Shown: positions 1 to 13,375, counted from the first letter of the stretch. The stretch: DNA of 64,000 nucleotides from Callorhinchus milii (GCF_018977255.1 NW_024704742.1:82338001-82402000); one strand, 5' to 3'. The notes: generated from the letters alone by a model not told the origin. Numbers and translations are program-made.

Positions 1-589
1 ATAAGATTAATTATCATTTAAGTTGACAAACTCTACAATTCTCCAATTCAGACCAAAGTGCTGCTCTCAGTATATTGAAGCCTGGGAGGCTTTAATTATA
101 TTTCATCCTGTTTCCTGTATCAGTTGGAGGCATCAGGTTGTAAGTGAGGAAAGGACAGTTTTTTGCAGATTGTGAGTTGAACAAGATGGTGAAGACCACT
201 GATGAGTAAATCATTCTAAAGATCAAGCCTTTTACAAGGAGGTGTGAAATGTGGTTTAAAATCAAACACTTAGGAGCAAATAACAGTTTTCAGGACATTG
301 GAAGACAGCAGTGGTGACTAATCATAGGTTGGCTGTGCATTCCTTTCCCATCACTGTGGTCACACGTTCTGACTCCCTACAGAGATCAAAATGATTTTCC
401 TTTTCATTTCTTCTTTTCCTCCTCTCCTGAGACACTGATTCAATTCCACAAGCAATAACAACAACAACTTGCATTTATATAGAGCCCTTCACGCAGCCTG
501 GAGTCCCAGAGTGCTTCACAATGGCAGAGTCTGACAGGGGGAGAGAAAGCGGGGAGGTGACCTTAATGTTGAAGCTGACCGACCAGCAG

Positions 590-1155
590 TAATTTCGAGA
601 CTTTGAGCTCACAGTTCAGACTCAGGCTCCAGCATAGTGCTTAGGGGAACACTGCATTGTTGGAATTGTCACCTGGAACTCCCTGCCTGAATCTCTCTGC
701 CTTGCCTTTTCTGTATCTATCTTTAAATCCCACCATAAGATCTACCTCTTCAATCATGCCTATGGTCACCTCCCCCTTCTCCCTTGCTCGGTGTCCAATC
801 CCACCAATGGAAAGTGCTCTGAGACCTTAACCTATCTGAAGAGCACTATGCTGTCGTTTGGTGGAGATATTAAGCTGATGTCCCATTTCCCTGTTCAGGT
901 GGATGTTAAAGATCCCATGACACCGTTCGTAAAGAGAAAGGAGTTTCTCCTGGTGGTCTGGCCAACAATCCCCCAAATAAAATTGATCACTAACTTCATG
1001 GCTGATTGTGAGACATTGCTGTGCAAATTGGTTGTTGTGTTGCCCACAAAATACACAATCACTACATTTTGCAATATATCCCGTGAAGCGCTCTGAAACA
1101 TCTCAACAACATGGTGAGGTGCTATTTCAAATCCAAGGGTTATTATTCATTATTA
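590..1155 (+). mobile_element. Old DeuSINE (SacSINE1/AmnSINE-like), interrupted by an L2 3' fragment at about 673-850
   Basis: Deu-type core (gatattaagctgatgtcccatttccctgttcaggtggatgttaaagatcccatgacac...cctggtggtctggccaac) and 3' part (gtgagacattgctgtgcaaattggttg...tgaagcgctctgaaacatc...ttattatt). The insert reads like the L2 3' UTR (ctggaactccctgcc...tatggtcacctcccc). Confidence 0.7.
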
Positions 1156-2699
1156 GCTAGGAAGCCTTTTCCTGCTACCAAAAAATGTATAAATGTACCA
1201 AGAAATGTATAATTTCTTGGTATAATTTCTTTGGCAACAGGCACTAAGCTTTCAATTACAGCAATAGCATTTTGAATGTAATAGAAACTCACAATGTCTT
1301 TCTCGAGGCACTGCTTCAGCTCCTTTCATTTTCTGTTTGGCTCTAGATGATCTGAAATCCCATAAGCCTTCTGCTCAGAAAACACCAACCCACCCAACAG
1401 TTAACTTGTTGTACATCACAGAGTAGATCATCCAAAACAGATCTTTAAGTGGGTTAAAAAGGACATAACACGATCATTCAAGCTGAGTCTTGACTAAACA
1501 GAACTCAATAGGCAGGGATGCACTGTACAATGTGCACAGCTTGGTGCTTATCGATCTCAACGCAGAGACAATCTGTCTGCTCAGTATATCCTGTAATATT
1601 CTTTGAGACATCCACCCAACATGAAACACGCTACACTAAATGCAAGGTTTATTATGCCTATTGTGGTGTATGGTCTGATACTTAGAATACTGTACTGAGT
1701 TGGAATATTTATGTCTCTTCGCAAACTTGCTTTGTGAATAGGAAGTAATATCTTGTATCAGCTTGTTTAGACTTCATGAGCTAATAATTTTGCAACTGCA
1801 AATATTAGTATACAACAATCACCCTTACGGATGTTGAGACATTCTGTTTTGCTGTTTGTGAAGATGGTTCTCATTTTGTGCTTAAGAAAAAACATTTCTG
1901 TGTTAATTACTAAGTTATTCTCTGCAGGGTCAGTCAGAAATTAATTGATCAATATTCCCAATCTTGCCTCAGAGTAAATTGAGTGTGCAATGTGGAGAGG
2001 GAAAGATGAAGGGAAATGCTGTCCTAACGCAGTGCATGTCTGTTCTTATTCAGATATTGTCTTCTTTATTTTTACTCCACATCTATCTGAGCTAAATCCA
2101 AATAATAATGCCCAGACGTGCGAAACCCGAGAGAGCTGAATGTAATAAACGCGCTGATATTAGGAAATTCAATAAAATGTGATGTTGCTTTGAATCAGTT
2201 TCATCAATGTTTTATTTTCTTTGAATTAATCTTTCAGAAAAGCATCGTGTTACAAATCTGTAGTAAATTAGCTCTTCTTAATGACTAAGCTCCTCCACTA
2301 ATTGATATTACAAAATATTGGTGTTTCCATATTGACATGTGACTGAAGTTTAGTATTAGTGACATATGTCTAAGATAGAGTAAATAATCCAGTCAAATAT
2401 GTAGTATTTGTTATATGTCGGTTTGCAACTAGAAACTTCTGCAAGTAATTGATGTGATTATTCCTGACCCATTCTCCAACCTGAAGTTGCTCGTCTCTTA
2501 TCACATCTCAAAGCGCTTCACAGGGTTTACTGTAAAGTGTGGTTACTGTGTATTCTCTGGGTGAATGTGGCAGTCAATTTACACAGAGCAATATCACACA
2601 AACAGTTCTGGAGTGAATGATCTGTTGTATCTGAGTGATTGTTAGATAAAACACTGGGAGAAACTCCCTTCTCTTTTGAATAGTGCTGTGGGATGTCTA

Positions 2700-3058
2700 A
2701 AATAATAATAATCCTTGCATTTGATATAGTGCCTTATCAAGTCTCGAGGCATCTCAAAGTGCTTCACAGAATATACTGTAAAGTGAATTGACTGTATATT
2801 TTCTGGGGGAAACGTGGCAGCCAATTGTGCACAGCAGTGTCCCAGACAATCGTGGATTGAGTGACTAAATATTTTTTAAGGGATTATTACCCCTGAACAA
2901 GGAAGTTTAATGCCTAATTTGAAGGATGGCACCTTCAACAATGCAGAGAACCTCTATCACTATATTGAAATATCAATATGAGTTCAATGGCTCATCATGG
3001 GGCTTGAATCCATGATTTTCTGACTCAGAGAGTGCTAGCAACTGAGCCAGGCTGACAC
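2700..3058 (-). mobile_element. DeuSINE-type SINE (degenerate, possibly with a nested SINE tail)
   Basis: Reverse strand has a tRNA-like head (gtcagcctggctcagttgctagcactc...gagtcagaaaatcatggattcaagccc) and the (TTA)n tail at about 2700. Confidence 0.65.
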
Positions 3059-4559
3059 CTTGCTCTGCTGTGATCATTCAGGATGTGGCCAGTGTGGAGT
3101 TCCCGCCAATTGGCGTGATGCACATTTTTTTGCAAAATCTTGCATTTTGAACATGTAAGTGCATAAAGTATTTAAAATTTCCCACAGACAATAATCACCG
3201 AGCTTAACAGTTTTGCATTTGCATTGAAGCCCTTTTGAGACATTTGGCAAGGCACTACAAATATGCAAATATATTATTTCTAACTTACTTTTCTGGCACT
3301 GAAGTGGAAGTGAAGTTTCAGTCGGGTTTCTATGAAATCAACTGAACAAAACAAAATATCCTCAAGGGGATATGCTGCTTGTATGCTGTTAATGTTATTA
3401 AGAATCAAGGGACATACTCTCTTTTGTTAATCAGTTTCTCTATTTATTCACACGGAGTCTCTCCTAAAATACTCATCACCCTGAATGCCAAGTTCACACC
3501 ATTTTTATGTTATGCTCATGTGTCAGTCAAGTGCCTTAACCACACCTATTATTACTGATGTAAACAGAGAAGTGCTTCAATATCCACACTTACTTTTCAA
3601 CCATAACTTTATTACCGGGTGAACAATGTGGTGGAAAATATTGTGTAAATGTAATCCTGTCATTCCCTGGAATTAAGGATATACCTTAGATCACCAAAGT
3701 ACCAGATGGTTTTCTAAAATCCTTGCTCCCCCCAACTCGTGCCATCCTGTGACGTGATCCTGGCTGTGTTGGAACAGAATGGAGCGGATGTGTGAGAGAG
3801 ACACCTCAGAATATGTGTGAGCTCTGATTCAGGAACACAGAACTATTTTGAGAGTGGCAAATGGTTGTGGGAAGCAGAAGAGATTTGTTAGCTCCTCAAC
3901 AATGCAAATATCTGGGTGCTGACAGTGCAGTGTCAGTCAAACTAAGTAATTTACTTTGACTGACATTTCAGTCCGGTAACTTTAGTTTTAACACTGGCAA
4001 CATCTTGAGAATCATTTGTACCTTCTATTGCTTGTCTTTCTGTTGGGCCATTTTATGTAATCCAAAAAGTGCCTGTTTCAAATTTCAGTAAATGATCAGA
4101 ATATACAGCATAATTTAAGTTCCTTGATCTCTGTACTATGTAGCACACTTTGTGTCAATGCCAAAGCAGGTAAAAAAAAATTATAAATAATAATCCTTGT
4201 TTTTTTTCATTTGTATATGTGGATATATGGTCATGACCAGGAATGAGGTTTTGACTTCATGCCTGTAAAATTAACTTTGAATGATTCAGAGGAAATGTAA
4301 ATCAAATGAGTGACAATTTCTTGGGAAGTGTATATTAGACAGGAGGCAGAATTCCAGACATTTCACCTATGGCATTTATATAGCTGCTATGACTCAAGTT
4401 GCTCCTAGCCTTGCTGGAATCTTAACTCTCCTGGAACACTCCCCAGCTCATCAATGCAGATCCTGAGAAAACTAGGTTAGAAATGTGTACAGAATTTTGT
4501 TATACAGAGAAATCTATACACAGGCTTGTCTAGGTTCAATAAAAATCAGTAAACATTGC

Positions 4560-4835
4560 TATGTTTCCTTACTCTGCACCCCTCTATTCACCTAGCAGTA
4601 AGTAGGAATCCGGTTGTTAGTCGATTGGCGGATTGCTTTTCCTGGGATAAAAATCCCTTCCAAAAAAAATTAATAGCTTGGTCACTTCATCCACAACTGT
4701 TTGTGGGACACTGCTGTGCACAATGGCTTCTGCATTTCGCCCACAAAACGTACAATCAATTCACTTCACAGTATACTCTGTGAAGCGCTTTAAGACATCT
4801 AGAAGACATGATAAGGCGCTATATATTACTATTAT
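4560..4835 (+). mobile_element. Headless copy of the tRNA-Ala SINE (long subfamily)
   Basis: Contains cctagcagtaagtaggaatccggttgttagtcgattggcgg and the shared body and tail, as in 55025-55388. Confidence 0.75.
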
Positions 4836-5897
4836 ACTCATCTGTGTTTGGTATGATTTTCAATCCAACACAAAAAACAGAAACTTGCATTTATGCATCT
4901 CCTTTCATGTTGGATAACATCTTAGTGCAGTTTATAGTGGCAGGATTGGATGCTGAGCAAGGGAGATGAAGGAGAGGGAGGTGACCATAGGCGCCGTCTG
5001 AGTCACAAGATCGGTCTGAATGAAGAAGGCCAAACTCAACTAGGTTTAGAAATCGATTTAAATATTAATAGAGATGGGGCAAGGTAGAGGGATAGTGGCA
5101 GGGAGTTCTGGAGGTTAGAGGCATAGTGACTGAAAACTCGGCCACTGATTGTGGTACGGGGAACGAAGGGCATACAATATGCCTGCGTTAACTAAGTGGG
5201 AGAGGGGGGCAGAGGAGTGGGATACAAGCAATAAACTTGTGTCCCACAATTTAAAATCATTTTTTTGTAATTCCAGAAGGCTAAGGCGAGAAAAAAATGG
5301 ATTAAAAGTCAGTAAAAATTAAAACAAAATTAGCAACCATGTCATCCGACAAAAGTCAGAATGAATAAAAATGGATTTCCATTTCCAGCCCTATCTGTAC
5401 ATGTAATTGTAATTAAATTAATTAAATGTAATTGGTGGCCTCATTTCTCCCACAAACTACAGTCAATTCACATTACAGTATATTCTGTGAAGAACTTTGA
5501 GACGTCTGAAAGACGCTATATCAAATCCAAGGATGATTATCATTATTACATGGTAGATCTGCGGAAAATGTCACATGTTGTACAGGGTGCAAGAAGAGAG
5601 GACAGTGCATACTTGATCCTGCCCATGCTCATATTATTCAAGAGGAATAAAATAGATCCAGCATTGACTTGGCAGCACTGAAGCCAGTCTGCTCATCACT
5701 TCTCATGTTTGGTTGATTGATGCTCCACATGATCCATATTATTGTCCAAATTAACAGGTAGCATTTGGTTCAAGGTTCTGTGACAACAGAATCTGGCTGG
5801 AGGAAACCATTTACTGCATAGAATTCTGGATCAAACTTTCAATGGTTCCTCCTGCCTTTTTGACTGTCACCTTTTCACTCACCGTCTTTCTGAAGTA

Positions 5898-6240
5898 CAA
5901 CAACAACAACATGTATTACTATTTTTTTAAACCCCTATGTTGAGGCACAGATCAGCCATGATCTAATTGAATGGCAGAACAGGCTCGAGGAGCTGAATGG
6001 CCTTCTCTTGTTCCTATGTTCCTATATAGCGTCCTTCACACAGGATAACATCTAAGCGCGGTACAGTGGCAGGGTTGGATGCCGAGCAAGAATGAAGGGG
6101 AGGGGGAGGTGGTCATAAGTTCAGTTGAAAAGGTAGGTCTTAAGGTGGAAATTAAAAATGGAAAAAGAAGGAGTGAGGTGGAGGGATTGAGGCGAGGAGT
6201 TCCAAAGTTTAGAGGCATAGTGGCTGAAGGCATGTGAAGC
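5898..6240 (-). mobile_element. L2 3' end carrying a nested plus-strand CR1 3' tail (about 5930-6023)
   Basis: The (CAA)n tail at 5898 is separated from atatagcgtccttcac by gatcagccatgatc...ggctcgaggagctgaatggcct...ttcctatgttcct. The minus-strand ORF shows the L2 C-terminal motif AFSHYASKLWNS. Confidence 0.7.
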
Positions 6241-6577
6241 AAAATAAAATAAGATTCTTTCTAACAGACTGAGAATTGTATAGAACAACACAACTCTCTC
6301 CTCACGCAGCTGCCACATTTCCCAGCAATTATATTCCACATGAGCCTTCACCCCTTCTAATCCTTGCTTATGTCCTCTGTTCCCTTCTCCCTCATGTTTG
6401 TATCAAGTTTCCTCTTAAATGTCTTGATGCTTTCTGGTTTCTACTTCTTCTTGCCAGTCAGCTCTGCAACCTTGTGGAGCTGGCTGGTGAGGAATGAAGA
6501 TCCACTGTCACTGGTTGCTCTCTGGTATCCTGTCCAAAGTGACCATACATTCATACTTGCACCTTGACAGTGAGTAA

Positions 6578-7122
6578 TTTTTTTTTGGACACCCATCAGT
6601 ATGCAAAAGAGTATCCAAACCAAATTGAGATTTCCATGCATCCTACCTACACATTGAAATGTCAGACATAGCTTGTTGGAATGGAAAGCGCACTCTCTCC
6701 CTAGAGGCACGCTTCCTGCTTACCTAATTCCTGAAAGTATTAGGCGCAAATTGGCAAGAGCCAAGGATTGCGGACACCCAGAGTGTGTGTTGGGGTAGAA
6801 TCTAACCAGCAAAAACCTCATAACTTGCCATTGATATTGCTGTCCGGCAAGCTTTCCCGACGCTTGTCCAGGAAGGACAATCCTACCCGGTAGGGCTTTG
6901 GCTTGCAGAGTTAACAGGAACTGAGTGAGATGACTCCCTGCCCCCAGTGGTTGGCCTACCCTTGCAAGTCCCGAATAACTGCCGGGATCAGAAAATGGAC
7001 TACCAGGATTGTCACAGAGGGCTGGTTCGATTCCTACATTCCATCAGGTATGTCACCTTGGAACCAGTTGAGCTCCAAGGAGACACCGCTTACCTACCCC
7101 TTCCCCAAGGAGAATAGTCACA
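6578..7122 (-). repeat. Unclassified structured A-tailed repeat ('family U'), near full-length copy A
   Basis: Collinear with 14851-15474 and 59297-59903 (gtatccaaacc, cactctctccct, cccagagtgtgtgttgggg, gttaacagg, ggttcgattcc, tgtcaccttgga). Strand is assigned from the A-rich end. Confidence 0.85.
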
Positions 7123-7564
7123 CAGCGTGTAACAACAGGCCACTGAACGACAAAGGACATCATAGCCGAGCTCAGCTCTCTCCTCACCCAGCTGCCACAC
7201 GCGTGCACTGTAGAGGGACCAGGTGCATCATCCCTAGCAAGTTTCAGAATAGATGTAGAAAGTTACAGCATGGAAATAGGCAATTCGGTCCACTGAGTCT
7301 GTGTTGATGCTTATACTCCGCATGAGCCTCCACCCCTCCTTTTCCCCTCTCTTATATTGTTCTATTCCATTTCTCTCATGTTTGCCTCATGTTTCCTCTT
7401 AAATACTTTAATGCTTTCTGGACCAGGATTCGAACTAGAGAGTTCCTGGTCTGTAACATGAAGTTCTCTCCACTTCACTTAAGGGGCTGTCAGTGGAGGT
7501 TTAGAAAGAAGCCAGTTTAGCCTCACACAAACCCATTGCTGAGACCAGCTAACCCTGGAGTGAA

Positions 7565-8583
7565 GTGTGCAGTGGTGCTCCACAGGGGTCAGTATTGGGA
7601 CCACTGCTGTTTTTGATCTATATAGATGACCTGGACTTGTGTACATGGAGTACAATTTCCAAGTTTGCAGATGATACTAAGCTGGGAAAAGTAGTAAACA
7701 ATGAGGAGCATAGTAGCAGACTGCAAATGGACACAGACAGACTTGTAAAATGGGCAGACACGTGACAGATGAAGTTTAATGTGGAAAAATGCGAAGTGAA
7801 TGCATTTTGGGAGGAAGAATGAGGAGAGGTAATATAAGCTGATGGTACAATCTTAAAGGGATGAAGGAACAGAGAGACCTGGGGGTCATATAAGTAAACC
7901 TTTGAAGATGGCAGGACAGGGAGATAAAGCTGTTAAAAAAGCATACGGGATACTAGGCTTTATAAATAGGGGATGGAATACAAAAGTCAGGAAGTTATGA
8001 TGAACCTTTTTAAAACACTGGTTAGACCTCAGCGAGAGTACTGTGTTCAGTTCTGGGCACCACATTTAGGAAAGATGTCAAGGCAATGGAGAGGGTGCAA
8101 AAGAGATTTACCAGGATGGTACCAGGAATGAGGGACTTCAGTTATCAGGAGAGGATAGGAAAGCTAGGGTTATTCTCCATGGAGCTGAGAAGATTAAGAG
8201 GAGACATAATAGAAATTTTCAAAATGATGAGGGGATTCGATAGAGTGAACAAGAAGAAAGTATTTCCACTGGTGGGTGGATCGGTAACCTAAGGACCCCG
8301 ATTTAAAATAGTTGTTAAAAGAAACAGAGGAGAATTTTTTTCACACAGCGAGTTATTCGGATCTGAATGCATTGCCTGAAAGGGTGGTGGAAGCCGATTC
8401 GATAACAACTTTTAAGAGAGAATAAGATAATTATTTGGGGTGAACAAGTTTGCAGAGCTATAGGGAGAGAGCGGGGGAGTGGGATTGAATTGTATAGCTC
8501 TTTTCAAAGAGCCGGCACAGACGCAACAGACCGAATGGCCTCCTTCTGTGCTGTATAATTCTATGATTCTATGATTCTATGAA
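7565..8583 (+). mobile_element. 5'-truncated CR1 LINE (RT C-terminal half plus 3' UTR), disrupted ORF2
   Basis: Peptides [27 protein letters not shown] and ERVQKRFTRMVPG; terminal (ATTCTATG)n repeat; internal stops and frameshifts. Confidence 0.95.
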
Positions 8584-9492
8584 TCCACACTCTGAAACAA
8601 TCTGTAAGCTGTACCTTCATCCACCAAACATACTGTTTTTTTAATGTATTAAAACCTCACTATTTTTACCACTTTATTTTTTTATGGGCATTACATCTAC
8701 ATAGAACATGGCTTTGTAAAAGGATAGCACATTTTAGTAAACATATGTTCACAGGATTTAACTCACAAGAGGGCTTGAATTGTTCAGCAAATAGTTTCTA
8801 TATAGCTCCTGGTAGGATATGTTTACCTGCATCTTGTTCTGGCAAACTATCACAAGAATATAACCCTCTTTTGTTATTGCGTTGGAGTATCTGGTTGGAG
8901 CTTTCTCCAAGACCTTTCTTTTCAACCGCATCTTTGGTCACCTTCTTCCCCCTCCCCCGGCTCGGTCCCAGAATCCGTTACTGTGAGACTCTGAGACGCT
9001 GTCCGGCGTGGAGTGCACTATATAAATCGAAGTTGTTGTTGTTGTTGTAGCTGATTTCAGCCATCTCACATATGATGGATTTCCAGTATGTATCTGTTTG
9101 CTGCTTAGGCAACTGAGCACAATTAGACTGCATTTACATATGCATAATAAATGTTCCATTCACCTCAATAATATTCTGGTACCCAAGGGATTTCAAGAAA
9201 TGGTAAATGCACTAAAATAATAATGGCACTGTCATTTGAAACATGAAATGATCAAAACGTGACAACAGCAAGGAAGAAATATTCTAGGAGTATCAGCAGA
9301 TTAAGGCACATTTTATAGATGGTTCAAAACTGTTACTTTCTTAATGGGAACAACCTTTACCTCGTTAAAATTATCTGCAGTAGAACACTTTACACATCAC
9401 TTATAATCAAATGTTCTTGAATTTTTATAGCAGCAATAATGTTAAAATGTTCTGAAAGTGCTTTACATGAAAAAAATTACCATATGTAGTAA

Positions 9493-10230
9493 CTCCGGAA
9501 CATCGCCAGACTACGGCACTACCTCACCCCTCACGCTGCTGAAACCCTGGTTCACGCCTTTGTCACCTCAAGGCTGGACTATGGGAACTCTCTCCTCGCC
9601 GGCCTTCCCGGCACCTCCCTCCACAAGCTGCAGGTCATTCAGAACTCTGCAGCTCGTGTACTGTCCCGCACCAGGCTTCGGGACCACATCACTCCCACCC
9701 TCGCTCGCCTCCACTGGCTCCCCATCCCCCAGAGGATTGATTTCAAGATCCTCATCCTCACCTACAAGGCCATTCACGGCCTCGCTCCCTCCTACCTCTC
9801 CAACCTACTATCTCCCTACCTATCTGCCCGTACCCTCCGTTCCTCTGGCTCCGGTCTGCTCCACGTCCCCCGCCCCAACCGCCCTACCATCGGTGGTCGG
9901 GCCTTCAGCCTCTCAGCCCCCAGGCTCTGGAACTCTATCCCCCAGTGCCTTCGCCGCCTCCTCCCTTTCCTCCTTCAAGGTCAGTCTCAAAACCTTTCTC
10001 TTTGACCGTGCCTTCAGCTCCCCTCTCGACTCGCTTCCCCCTCCTCGCTCCCTCCCTTCCCTCCCCTCACCCTGACCATTTCCCCCCTCCTCTCTCCCTC
10101 CCTTCCCTCCCCTCACCCTGACCATTTCCCCGCTGCTCGGGTCATGACCCAACTGTGCAGCGCCTTGGGACGTCCTCCTGACGTGAAAGGCGCTTTATAA
10201 ATGGTATCTTGTTGTTGTTGTTGTTGTTGT
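9493..10230 (+). mobile_element. 5'-truncated L2 LINE 3' end, relatively young
   Basis: Encodes the L2 ORF2 C-terminus (LVHAFVTSRLDYGNSLL...LHWLP); CpG-rich; 3' stem-loop agcgccttgggacgtcctcctgacgtgaaaggcgct and a (TTG)n tail. Confidence 0.93.
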
Positions 10231-10414
10231 AACTGTCTTTCGTAGGCAGAAGCAGCAACAGTAGCAGCAACAGCAAGAAAGAATTACATTTATACAGCGC
10301 CTTTCACATCAGGAGGATGTTCCGAAGTGTAACGGTTGTATTCGCACAGCCAAAGCCCACAGACAGCCTTAAAGTGAATTATCAATTAATCTGAAGGATT
10401 GTCTGCCAGGCCTC

Positions 10415-10590
10415 TGGGAGACACTTCCAGATACAGGGATTTCCATGTGTAGGTGACATACATATCTGTAACTATTAGCTGGATTTGGATACTCTTAAGC
10501 ATAGAGCTTCTACGAAGCTACTGGTAGGATTTGTTTATCTGCATCTGACGGGTTTCTGCACATGTCAGACATGTCGCTGACCAAAACAAA
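10415..10590 (+). repeat. Family U, 5'-truncated copy
   Basis: gatttccatgtgtaggtg...ggatactcttaagcat...gggtttctgcacatgtcagacatgtcgctgaccaaaacaaa. Confidence 0.7.
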
Positions 10591-12829
10591 TCCCAACTGC
10601 AAGCAATGAAACTCCAGAGCCATGCTTATCTCGTGAATTGCGACTTCAGTTTTGTGACTGAAGACCTCTCCCGCCTCTGATGAAGCTCTGTGCTTGCTAC
10701 AAGCCAGTAACGTGAAAAATAGACCCCTGATTTGTTTAACAGGCTCAGTCCGTAGCCCACATGTGGTCATAAAAAGTGGTAGCAGGAATCCGCCCTCTCC
10801 CATAGGCTCCAGATGCAGAGGAAAAGCCATGATGTAAGGGAAATGCAGTATAGAATTTAACATAGAGCAGACGGCAACCAGTAAGCCTACTAGGGAGCCA
10901 GGCAAATGGTACATTGCAGAAAGTGCACTGGGCTGAAGTGAATTCTCATTCATTTCAATGAAGAAAGATGGATGGGTTCAGTTAGAACAGGAACACACCA
11001 AGGAGAAATGTTCCGGCGCTCGAAGCTACAGTGGAAACTCAGTACTGAAAATAAACTTTCTCATTACAGCACCTTGCTGTCGTAGACTGAGATTAATGCT
11101 TGTGCAACAGAACAAACTGAGTGCAAGGCTTATTATGAATGATACCATCTGTCTACACTTTATATTATTAGACTTTGCTGCAGATTCTTGATCTTGACAG
11201 CTAAAGAGCAGTGATATTACAAAACAAGTTTGTATTAATGCTTGTAGCTAATCTTCACAAAGTAATGCCAGAGCTTTGAAACATAAGACTATTGCATGTG
11301 AAATTCCTAGAACAGAGATTAAAGCTAATTTAGTTGCCAATTATTAGAATGGCACACAATTACCTTGTACTTATAGCCACGAGGAATGTAACCTTAGAAT
11401 ACAACACAATTAACACTGACTGATTGCCTCTGTGTTAAAGCTTGGGTAAAGAAGGGATATTTTGTTGTACTTGGGAGGAACGATGACACCAAATCTCATT
11501 GAAACATCTTACAATAATTCTTGCATTTGATATAATGCCTTATTACATCTTCAAGGTGTCTCAAAACGCTTCACAGAATGTACTGTAAAGTGAATTGACT
11601 GTATATTGTGTGGGTGAAACACAGCAGCCGATTGTGCACAGTAGTGTCCCACTCATGGATCGAGTCAACAAAGTATCCAGGTTATTCTGGATACTTAACC
11701 TATAAACAGGTTATTGGTTATTCCACCCAATCTGAAAGGTAATTTAAGGCATGAATACATAGAAGTAGGTGTGTTCTTCATTGCTTTTCTGTCAGCAGCA
11801 CAAAGACTGGTGGGATCATTCTCTGGCCCGATGCTTACTCTCTCTCAACCCTTTCTTTGCTGTTGTGCTTGTTATAAATCCTCCCCCAACCAAGTTCATG
11901 CAGAGTGCAAGACAGGATTGCAGTATAGAGAAGAACACAAAGAGAATAGGTTAGGTGATTCATTTTCAGCACCAGTTTAATTCTGTGCTCAAAAATTCAT
12001 GATCAATTAATGCTGGGTCTATTCTGTTCTGTGTGTGTATGTATCTGGCAGTGCTGCCACCAACAGAAGCTCCACCTACAGTGCAACCCTGCTTCTGCAG
12101 AGCCACGAGGCACCCGATTCCCTACATTTCGCCCACAAAATATACTTTACAGTTTATTTTGTGAAGCGCTTTGAGAAGTCTCAACAACGTGATACGTCAC
12201 TTTATCAAATGCAAGCATTATTATTATTATTACAGGTGACATACCATTGCCAGTCAAGGCTTATTTCAGAAGCAGTGAGACCGGCACAGCCCATGAGTGT
12301 GGGTTTGCATTGTTGTACCACATAGAGTCTGTTCCACACATCAGAGAAAGATCAAAGGCCAGAGCTGAAGAGTACGAATGGGCACGCAGCCAGGTGCTGT
12401 TGGAATTTACCAGCCTTGACTATTGCAGAACCATTTCTATGTGAATCAAGCAGATTATGTGATATGAACACACCATTAGTCTCCATAGAACCATAGAAAT
12501 TTATGGCACAGAAGAAGGCCATTTGGCCCATTGTGTCTGCGCTGGCTCCTTCAAGAGCAATTGTTTCAGTCCTATTTACCTGCCCTTTTCTCCATACCCC
12601 TGTAGCTGACTCTTATTACGGCATTGTCTAATTCCTTCTTGAAAGTCAATATGGATTATTTCTCCATTATGAATAACAATTCTATTCTCCCATCCTCTGC
12701 TTCCTATCCCTTAACCCGGTGCCCGCCGAACTATGGCCCACAGGCTGGTTCAGGTCTGCAGGGCTATGATAACTTATTAGAAATGAAGGGCAAGTTTGAG
12801 ATATTAGTAGTTTGTGAAATTTGAAGGAT

Positions 12830-13375
12830 CAATGACTATTTTTTGAGGAGAGCAGTTTTGAGGGGGAACAGGACAGTGCTGAATGAGAGGGACATGTTGA
12901 CTGTGTCAGCCAGCAGGGTGTAGTTGGGTTCTCAGCAGTTGGGTGGCAGCAAGTGATTGGTTTCATACGGGTGATGGTGGTTTGTGACGGACAAGGGAGA
13001 AATGGGTGCAAAAGAGTGTAGGGGCAGTGGTAGCGGCAGTAGCAGAAGATGTGGGGATGTAGAAGACATGGAGGAATGACTGAAGGAAGTGGTGGGGGGG
13101 GAGAAAGATGATAGAACCATGGCCATGTTGTCTATTTTAGATACAAAGAGGTCCATGTTCTGTTTGCACTTTGCGTCAGAGGTAAGGACTGAGGGATATT
13201 GAGGATGTGGATGGAAGAGGTAACGTGACTTCCTCAGGCTCCCTCAGAGACTGCACTGCCTCACTAGAATGATGATCTATTGGGAGGAGAGAGTTTGCAG
13301 GCAGGGCAGGGGGAGTGGGGAGAGAGTGGTTGTGAGAGGGCAAGACAAGGCAGAGTGTGTGTGTGGGGCTGAGGA
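12830..13375 (-). mobile_element. Old internal L2 ORF2 fragment
   Basis: Minus-strand peptide MDLFVSKIDNM and a purine-rich plus strand; the plus strand has cagcagttttgagggg similar to 23001-23015. Confidence 0.5.

Noticed and set aside
9458..10075. 205-aa Ser/Pro-rich ORF
   Set aside because: An alternative frame of the C-rich L2 3' region, not a host gene.
10510..10953. 147-aa minus-strand ORF
   Set aside because: No recognisable domain, it runs into a family U fragment, and there is no convincing splice context; probably a chance ORF.
12252..12421. 10-bp inverted repeat agtcaaggct/agccttgact around a 65-aa ORF
   Set aside because: Expected by chance at this spacing; no TSD and no other copies seen.
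12715..12775. MER58-like hAT left end
   Set aside because: Only one degenerate end; no matching right TIR or TSD found.
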